A stretch of 64,000 bases of DNA from Clostridia bacterium (GTDB lineage: Bacteria; Bacillota; Clostridia; Christensenellales; UBA1242): NCBI GenBank assembly GCA_045538175.1, contig JAZSQZ010000044.1, forward strand, positions 5,031-69,030. Reading direction: 5' to 3'. Below the pieces are notes generated by a model. The model did not search any database, was not told the origin of the DNA, and worked only from the letters and a program-made list of their open reading frames with translations. The translations under genes were made by a program, and so were the position numbers. Shown here piece after piece: positions 1 through 7,100 of this stretch (positions are counted from its first letter, which is position 1; every line of letters starts with the position of its first letter).

Positions 1-756
1 TGCTCTAACATAGATATATCCTTGGTTTGCACCGATTGCATAACCTGCAATTGCCATTGCTTCTACAACTGAGTTAGGGTCGCTCTCTAAAATTGCCCTG
101 TCCATAAATGCACCAGGGTCGCCTTCGTCAGCGTTACAACAAACATATTTTTGGTCAGCATTAGATGCCTTTGCTAAACTCCATTTTTTACCTGTAGGAA
201 AACCTGCACCACCACGGCCACGAAGACCACTGTTTGAAATGATTTCGATGACTTGGTCAGGTGTGTATTCCTTAATACATTTTTCTAACGCAAAGTAACC
301 ATCTCTTGCGATGTATTCTTGAATTTTTGCAGGACAAGTAATACCACAGTTTCTAAGTGCAAGACGCAATTGTTTTTTAAAGAAAGGCATTTCGTAAATA
401 TCAACAAGTTTGCCGTCTTCCATATTGTAAACATATTTTTCTAAAACCTTTCCACCTACAATATGGCTTTCATAAATTTCGTCAACCTTTTCAACTGTAA
501 GGTTTTGATAGAAAGCGCCTTCAGGGTAGATAACTGCAGAAGGTCCTTTTGCGCAAAGGCCAAAACAACCAGGACTTGTGATTTTTATGTCCTTATTGTC
601 TTTGCAGAGTTCTGTAAATCTATCTAAAATTTCTTTGCTGTGGTTAGAAACACAACCTGAGCCCCCACAAACAAGAATTTGACGGAATTTTCCGCCCATT
701 TTTCTTTCATTAACAATCTCGAAATATTGTTCTTTAATTTCTTTTAAGTTTGTCAT
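1..756 (-). CDS. NuoF/HydB-like NADH-binding flavoprotein subunit (hydrogenase / NADH dehydrogenase); N-terminal part only, gene runs off the window start
   Basis: Open minus-strand frame from ATG (754-756) to the window edge; absent from the ORF track because it is truncated. My translation starts MTNLKEIKEQYFEIV and contains CGGSGC and GCFGLCAKGP (thioredoxin-like 2Fe-2S part). It also has the NuoF-type motifs GLRGRGGAGFPTGKKW and CNADEGDPGAF. Confidence 0.85.
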   Translation of the reverse strand, partial: MTNLKEIKEQYFEIVNERKMGGKFRQILVCGGSGCVSNHSKEILDRFTELCKDNKDIKITSPGCFGLCAKGPSAVIYPEGAFYQNLTVEKVDEIYESHIVGGKVLEKYVYNMEDGKLVDIYEMPFFKKQLRLALRNCGITCPAKIQEYIARDGYFALEKCIKEYTPDQVIEIISNSGLRGRGGAGFPTGKKWSLAKASNADQKYVCCNADEGDPGAFMDRAILESDPNSVVEAMAIAGYAIGANQGYIYVRA

Positions 757-809
757 AACATTTCCCTTTTAAATAAAGTAGATAAAAATAAAAAAGCAAA
801 CAAATAAAA

Positions 810-1289
810 CTATTTGTTTTCTTCTCTAAATTTATTTAAAATTCCCTCAACATCTTTAGGGTCAAGGTTGCCAAAAATTTGGTCGTCAATCATAAGAAGT
901 GGTGCAAGTGCACAGCAACCAACACACCTTACAGTGTCTAAACTGTAATAGCCATCTTCGGTTGTTTCACCATCTTTGATTTTTAAAACTTCTTCACATT
1001 TATCTAAAATGTCTTGTGAGCCTCTTACATAGCATGCTGTACCAAGACAAACAGATACTTTGTGTTTGCCGATTTTTTGAAGTTTAAATTGGGAATAAAA
1101 ACTTGCAACACCATAAACTTCTGAAGGATAAACCTTAAGTTTGTCGCAAATAATTTTTACACATTCTTCTGGAATATAACCAAAAAGAGTTTGTGCGTGT
1201 TGAAGGCAAGGCATAACAGCCCCTCTCATTTCTTTTAATTCTTCAACTTTTTTAATAAATTCTTCTAATCTACAACTATTATTTTCCAT
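810..1289 (-). CDS. NuoE/HydC-like thioredoxin-fold [2Fe-2S] ferredoxin subunit
   Basis: 159 aa with the 24-kDa-subunit pattern: CLGTACYVRG ... VRCVGCCALAPLLMID. Lies directly upstream of the NuoF-like gene on the same strand. Confidence 0.85.
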   Translation of the reverse strand: MENNSCRLEEFIKKVEELKEMRGAVMPCLQHAQTLFGYIPEECVKIICDKLKVYPSEVYGVASFYSQFKLQKIGKHKVSVCLGTACYVRGSQDILDKCEEVLKIKDGETTEDGYYSLDTVRCVGCCALAPLLMIDDQIFGNLDPKDVEGILNKFREENK

Positions 1290-1427
1290 ACGAACATTTT
1301 AGCAAAAAAAATATAAGCGTGTAAAGTAAATAAATATTATTCAATTAAAAATGCTATATTTTTTATTCTTATGATATTGTACAAAATTTTATAAACAATA
1401 TAATAATATTCGCAAAAAATTTTTATA

Positions 1428-1438
1428 TGTGCTATAAT
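1428..1438 (+). promoter_or_regulatory. Extended -10 promoter (TGTGcTATAAT) for the PEBP-like gene
   Basis: TRTGnTATAAT motif typical of Firmicutes, 24 nt upstream of the ATG at 1462. The same 11-mer class recurs at 11005, 49780 and 51943. Confidence 0.5.
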
Positions 1439-1461
1439 TATCTAAAGATTATGGGGGATAT

Positions 1462-1926
1462 ATGAAAGTTACAAGTACAGGAATAATTGACGGAGTAATC
1501 CAAGATATTTATGGCAAAAGAAGCAGGCACATCAAAATGGGTATGCCGACTTACTCTCTTCCAATCAAAATTGAAGAAGCCCCAAAAGGCACGGTAAGTT
1601 TTGCAATCGTTTTAGACGACCCTGACGCAATGAAGCCTTGTGGAAAAATTTGGATACATTGGCTTGTTGCAAATTTGACAAGGAACGAACTCAAAGAAAA
1701 TGAAAGTTTAAATTCTTTTGACTTTGTCCAAGGTGTAAACGATTGGAATGAAAATTGTTATGGTGGTATGGCTCCACCAGACGCTCCACATAACTATAGA
1801 ATAATTGTTTACGCACTTGATACAATGCTCAATCTTCGTGGCGACTTTACAAAAAAACTTTTAGAAGAAAGTATGAAAGGTCATATTCTAGAAGAAACAA
1901 CAATCTACGGAATTTATAATAACTAG
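1462..1926 (+). CDS. YbhB/YbcL (PEBP / Raf-kinase-inhibitor-like) family protein
   Basis: 154 aa. Family-typical segments FAIVLDDPDA, WIHWLVANL and PPDAPHNYRIIVYALD. RBS GGGGGA precedes the ATG. Confidence 0.75.
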   Translation: MKVTSTGIIDGVIQDIYGKRSRHIKMGMPTYSLPIKIEEAPKGTVSFAIVLDDPDAMKPCGKIWIHWLVANLTRNELKENESLNSFDFVQGVNDWNENCYGGMAPPDAPHNYRIIVYALDTMLNLRGDFTKKLLEESMKGHILEETTIYGIYNN

Positions 1927-2190
1927 ATAAAAGTTTTCCACAAAAAATCAATATTTGTTTATAACTTTTACAATATTTTAACAACAAAATCTTAAAATTA
2001 AAGAAGCCTTTTATCAGGTTTCTTTTTTTGTTTGCTTTGCACAAATATTTTTGTGCTGTTTTGCTTTACAAAAACAACAATCTTTGCTCAATATAAATTT
2101 TCCCCAAAAAACAAAAACCGTACAAGCCTTTATTTTTCTAGGGTTTATGCACATTATTCTAAAATTTTTCATATCTAATAAAAACTCTTT

Positions 2191-2267
2191 TGTAACAAAA
2201 GGGACACATCTTGTGTAACAAGGGGGACATATCTTAAAAATAATTTGTAACAAAAGGGACACATCTT
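2191..2267 (+). repeat. Three 22-bp direct repeats: TGTAACAAAAGGGACACATCTT / TGTAACAAGGGGGACATATCTT / TGTAACAAAAGGGACACATCTT
   Basis: Copies at 2191-2212, 2214-2235 and 2246-2267. Copies 1 and 3 are identical; copy 2 has 3 substitutions. The array ends 11 nt upstream of a -35 box. Confidence 0.9.
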
Positions 2268-2278
2268 TAAAATAATCA

Positions 2279-2307
2279 TTGACAACCTTATTTATAAGTA
2301 ATATAAT
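2279..2307 (+). promoter_or_regulatory. Consensus sigma-A-type promoter TTGACA-17-TATAAT
   Basis: TTGACA at 2279-2284, 17-nt spacer, TATAAT at 2302-2307. Lies 43 nt upstream of the ATG at 2350, which has RBS AAAGGAG. Confidence 0.75.
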
Positions 2308-2349
2308 AAGTCGATTATTATTTGATAATAAACATAAAGGAGTCGAAAA

Positions 2350-3213
2350 ATGGCAAGAACAGCTAGAGAGAAAAGTAAATACAACACATACCTTGTTGTC
2401 TTAAAAGGTGACACAGAACTTACTTTTGATGACGAAGATAAAGCAAACCTTCTTGGCACTGCTGTCACAATGTTTTATGAAGATGGCGCAAAAGTTCTTG
2501 CTTACTCTTTTGATGATTATGATTTTAGATTTGTTGTCCTAGATGGTGGAAGATTTGAAAACACAATTAAGAGAATCGGTATTAGCTTTGCATCATTTTA
2601 CAACAAAAAAAGAAACAGAGTAGGAAGCATTTTTAGAGATAGGTTCGAATCGATTCCTGCAAAAACAGAAAAAGATGTTTTCTATATGATAAGTGCAGTT
2701 CACTTCTGTACACAAAATCAAAAGTTTAACAGCAACACTGATTATTTTTCAAACGAGTTTGTAGCTTCAAAAGTTGTATTAAAAAAGTTTGTTGTTAAAA
2801 GAAGGCTTAAAAATTACTTAAAAGATATTAAGGCAAGTGAAGAAGTTCAAAAGTTAATCAAAAAGATTGCTTCAAAGTATGAAGATAAAGATATCGAAAA
2901 ACTTATCGAAAAAGAAATTGAAACAACCGTTGACGAAATATCTTCACTTCCAGATGATAATGTCAGGGGCGCCCTAGAAAAAGTTTTCCAATTTACAACT
3001 GCAAGCGTTAGACAAGTTGTAAACATAACAGGGCTTCCTTTTAGACTTGTTTATTCTGCCTTAAAAGCAACAGCAACAGCACCCGTTAAGATGACAAGAA
3101 AACTTTTAAAAAAGAAAGACAAGAAAAAAGAAGTGCCAACTATTGTTTTAGAAGACAAAGAAAGCAAAAAAGAAGTTTTAAAAATTAAAGAAAGGATTAA
3201 AAATGAAAAATAA
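2350..3213 (+). CDS. IS200/REP-associated Y1 (HUH) transposase-like protein, apparently catalytically inactive, with C-terminal HTH-like segment and Lys/Glu-rich tail
   Basis: The N-terminal ~130 aa follow the Firmicute COG1943-type pattern (ARxAREKSxxxxY ... L ... AYxxMxNHVHLL ... RVGxLFQDRFKS ... YIHxNP). The HUH position reads DYDFRFVV and the Tyr-helix position reads SAVHFCTQN. The C-terminal part carries TTASVRQVVNITGLPFRLVYSALK (HTH-like). Confidence 0.6.
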   Translation: MARTAREKSKYNTYLVVLKGDTELTFDDEDKANLLGTAVTMFYEDGAKVLAYSFDDYDFRFVVLDGGRFENTIKRIGISFASFYNKKRNRVGSIFRDRFESIPAKTEKDVFYMISAVHFCTQNQKFNSNTDYFSNEFVASKVVLKKFVVKRRLKNYLKDIKASEEVQKLIKKIASKYEDKDIEKLIEKEIETTVDEISSLPDDNVRGALEKVFQFTTASVRQVVNITGLPFRLVYSALKATATAPVKMTRKLLKKKDKKKEVPTIVLEDKESKKEVLKIKERIKNEK

Positions 3214-4126
3214 AAAGGAAGAAACCGTTGTTCTAGGTGAACAATCACCAAAGCCAAAGAAAATTCCAACAAAAAAACAACTTAGAATCCGTTTTTGGTC
3301 AATTACAGCACTTATTGTTGTGGTTGCAGTGTTTTTGGGACAATTCGTTGGCAACTGGATTGTTGACAGTTACCTAAACAAATTTACCTTTGCAGGGGAC
3401 GAGGCAATCCTTATGGAAACCGAAAGCACCATAAAAAAATGGAAAAACAAATCAATTGACAATATGACACCTGTTGAAGCATTTGTTGTTGCACAATACA
3501 ATCTTGAAAACAGCGAAAATTATTCAATGGTTATCGATGGTGAGATTATAGCAACAGTTCGTGGTATTTCAGTAAGTCAAAGTGTTTATTCTTATAACTA
3601 TCGTATTGGCGATGACTATTACAACGAATACATAAGTAAAAGTAGTATGGTCGAAGTTGCAACTGGCTATAAATACAACAAAAAAGAAAATGTTGTTCAC
3701 ACATTTAAGGGTGGTGCAGTTGATAAGACAACTGCTGTCTGGAAAGAATACTTAGACTTAACCTATGACGAATATAAAGAAAAATGTGGTATTTATGTTG
3801 GTCAAACAATCGACTATATCGTTTCAAGACAAACCGTAAACCAAGATAAGTGTGTTGCATTGCAAAAACAATCAAACGGCAATTATGTGTTTACATTATC
3901 ACTAAATAATTATGCAACTGTAAATTACACAAAGAAAATGGATTTCGTCGCAGGTACAAAAGCAGGGATATTTTATGACATTGTCCTAAATGTCGAAGTT
4001 GACGAAAACTTAAATTTTGTAACAGTAAATATTGTTGAAGAATATACAGTTCCAAAATTCATCGCAACAGCAAAAGCAAATATGACACAAATTTATGATT
4101 TCGTGTCAAAACCTATTGAAAGATAG
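3203..4126 (+). CDS. Hypothetical membrane-anchored protein (one N-terminal TM helix, extracytoplasmic body)
   Basis: 307 aa. Its ATG overlaps the upstream stop (ATGAAAAATAA, 3203-3213). TM helix WSITALIVVVAVFLGQFVGNWIV. I recognise no family motif. Confidence 0.7.
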   Translation: MKNKKEETVVLGEQSPKPKKIPTKKQLRIRFWSITALIVVVAVFLGQFVGNWIVDSYLNKFTFAGDEAILMETESTIKKWKNKSIDNMTPVEAFVVAQYNLENSENYSMVIDGEIIATVRGISVSQSVYSYNYRIGDDYYNEYISKSSMVEVATGYKYNKKENVVHTFKGGAVDKTTAVWKEYLDLTYDEYKEKCGIYVGQTIDYIVSRQTVNQDKCVALQKQSNGNYVFTLSLNNYATVNYTKKMDFVAGTKAGIFYDIVLNVEVDENLNFVTVNIVEEYTVPKFIATAKANMTQIYDFVSKPIER

Positions 4127-4163
4127 TTAAAAACCAAAAGAAAATTTCAAAAGGAGGAAAAGT

Positions 4164-7100
4164 ATGACAAAACTTAAAAGATTATTAAGTTATTCTGGCA
4201 TATTCTTGCTAACAATGTGTTTAGCAGCAGGATTTGTTATACTTCAGTTTCTTTTTAGCAATAAAAATTCCGTACCAGAACTTGTGGTAAGTGCAGAAGA
4301 CACAACTTTTTCACAAGTTCTAAATAAGGTTATGAATAGCGATAACATTTCAGCAGATTTTGATGTTACCGTTTCTTTTGGTGGCGAAAATTTAGAACTT
4401 GCAGGTGTTTTAGAACTTGACCTTGCAAAAATTCTAAATGCAGGGGACGATATCATAGGGGCTTTGGAAGTTTCAGTTGATTGCACCGTTTTAAGCAATG
4501 GCGAAATCCTTCCACTTACCATAAAAGTTAAAGAAGGTATGTGTTACACAACTGTTGCAAACAACCAACTTAAATTTAAACTTACAGACACAATGCAAAA
4601 TGTTGGCACAATCCTAACTTTGATTGGTGTCGAAATTCCAACAGGCGACATAATGGCAGACTTTGATATGTCAAACCTTATGGGTCTTATGGAAAATGTT
4701 ACAACCGAAACAACAGAAAATGGATACAAAATCTTAATTCCTTTATTTGATTATGGCACAGCAGAAATAATTGCTGACAAAGAATATAACATTACAGAAA
4801 TTAACTTAAACGAACTTTCAATTGAAGGCGTTGTTGCAACAGTTCAATTAAAAGTCGAAACTGACAAAGAAAACTTCGAAATCCCTGTTTTAGACGAAGA
4901 AGCAAACGGCTTAGATGTTTCAAATCTTATGAAGTTTGTAACAGCAGTTTCAAACATTGTTTCAGACAAACAAGTCGCTGGCAACCTTACACTTAAAACA
5001 AAGCATTTTGAAAACAGTTTTGATTTCGGTGCTAATTTTAACAACAGAAATTATGCTTATCTTACAAGCAATATCCTAGGAAAAGAATTACAAGTTTTAG
5101 CAAACGACGATAATGTATATCTTGCATTTAACGACTTTAAGTTTAAGGCAAGTTATGGCGAAATTATGTCAGTTGTAAACTTTGTAAAAGACTATATCGA
5201 AACTTTAACAAATGTTTCAATTGAAGAAGAAGTACAAAATCAATTAGATAACTTAAATCAAGAAAACTTAACAATAAGTGATATATTCGAAAAATTAAAC
5301 ATTGTTAGCGTTGATGTAAAAGATATCTTAAGTGCTTTAACATTTGAAAACGATGGTAACACTTTAGTGTTTGATTACAAAGGTGTAAAACTTGTTTTTG
5401 CACTAAACGAAAACCAACTTTCAACAATTGATTTTTCATATGGCGACTATGCAATTTCAATCGACCTAAATGGTACATTGCAAGAAATTGAAGTTGTTGA
5501 CAGCGAATATGTAAACTATACATTCTATCAAGAAATTTACAACAGAATAAAAACATTTGTTTCAAGTAAAAAAGTTGCACTTAAAACAGCAGTTGTTTTA
5601 GGTGAAAACGAATATGTTGTTGATATTAAAACAGACTTAAATAAAGGCTTTGATATTGAACTTAAAACAGAAATCTTAGATTACAACATTAAAGTAAATG
5701 TACTTGATAATATCTTATACCTACAATTAAACGAACAAAAAGTTTCATACGCTCTAAAGAGTGGTGAAAACTTAGCAAATATTTTAGGTGGTGTTTTAAA
5801 AACACTAGACATTGAAAACCTAGAAGAGAATGCTAAGGGTGAAGTTGAAAAACTTACACAAGAACTTGGCGAAATGTTAAATCAACTTTTAAATATAACA
5901 GAAGAACAAGTTTTTGAAATTCTTTCTTACTTTGCTCTAAACTACATTAACAACAATCAAGTTGACACAAATATTGATAACTACAAAGTATCTTTTGCAG
6001 TTGCAAACGACAACTTGCTTGATGTATTGGTTGAATATAAAGATGTAAAAGTCTTAGTTAATGTTAGTGATAAAGATTGGAACTTTGAATTAAACAAGGA
6101 AGAATATGTTGCAGTTGACAACATCAACTCAGTTGTAAACACAGTTGTTGAAATTGTTAACAACAAACAAGTAACCCTTACAGGAAACGTAACATACAAA
6201 ACATTGACCTTACCTGTAACAATCAAAGCAGATTTTAATGCAAACTATGTAGAATTTAATACAACCGTTTTAGAAAAAGATATTTGCCTTGTTTATACAA
6301 ACGATAAAGTATACTTAACTGTTGACGACCTAAAAGTTATGGCAACAACAAGCGAAATTTCTTCACTTGTAAATATGCTTATCGAAGTTTTAAATTCAAA
6401 TGGTGCAAATATCAATGTTGAAGAAATTACAACAAAGGTAAACGAAGCAACAGAAAAAATTAGTGACACAACTTTAACAAATATCTCAATTTTAGATATC
6501 TTAAAAACATTAAAACTTACAAATCAAAACAAAGATAATTTAACTGTAAGTTATAATGATGTTACAGTTTCTCTAAATCAAACAGACGGTAAATTAGGTA
6601 ATATCAACTTTACAATGCCATCTGTTGTAGCAAACTTTGATATTTCTACAACAGCAACAAAGAAGACTTTTGTTGATAACGATTATGTAAAAGTTGCAGA
6701 AATCGAAAACATTTACAACAAAGTAAAAGCAATTGTAGACGCAAGAGCAATGAATATTGTTGCAGATGTTAAATACGGCGATTACGAATTTAAAGGTAGT
6801 ATTTCATTAGACTTAAGCGACTTAAATGATCCAAAACTTAGAATATATAATGCATACTTTAATGAATACAAGGTTGATATTACATATATTGGCAACACAT
6901 TATATGCAAAAATCAACGAACTTAAAGTATATCTTGCAGTCGACCTTGATAATATTCAAGACGTATTAGATAAAGTCGGTTATGCTTATAACAACTTTAC
7001 AAACAGCAACCTTGATATTCCAAACATCAAAGCAATGATTGATGACTATAAGCAAATGTTTGAAGATATATTAAACAGCACAGAAGACTTTGATTTTGAA

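Noticed and set aside
2043-2057. The 15-mer TGCTTTGCACAAATA is shared between the region upstream of the transposase-like operon and the region upstream of the helicase-nuclease gene (25161-25175). It might be a common operator.
   Set aside because: A single 15-nt match in 64 kb of AT-rich sequence is within chance expectation (on the order of one such pair). There is no symmetry and no third copy. I do not consider it supported.
1847-2262. Track ORFs 1847-2044 (-) and 2014-2262 (-) in the long intergenic region
   Set aside because: The translations are low-complexity and Lys/Phe/Cys-rich, with no RBS. They overlap the 3' end of the PEBP-like gene and the repeat/promoter region, so they are most likely non-coding.
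2191-2267. Could the three 22-bp repeats be a mini CRISPR array?
   Set aside because: The gaps between copies are only 1 and 10 bp. There are no spacers of 25-40 bp, no cas genes and no palindromic repeat core. The array sits directly on a promoter, so regulatory direct repeats are far more likely.
2350-3213. An active IS200/IS605 insertion sequence
   Set aside because: The HUH and catalytic Tyr positions appear substituted. No flanking subterminal hairpins or a tnpB partner are visible. The gene is translationally coupled to non-mobile genes. I treat it as a domesticated homolog, not a mobile element.
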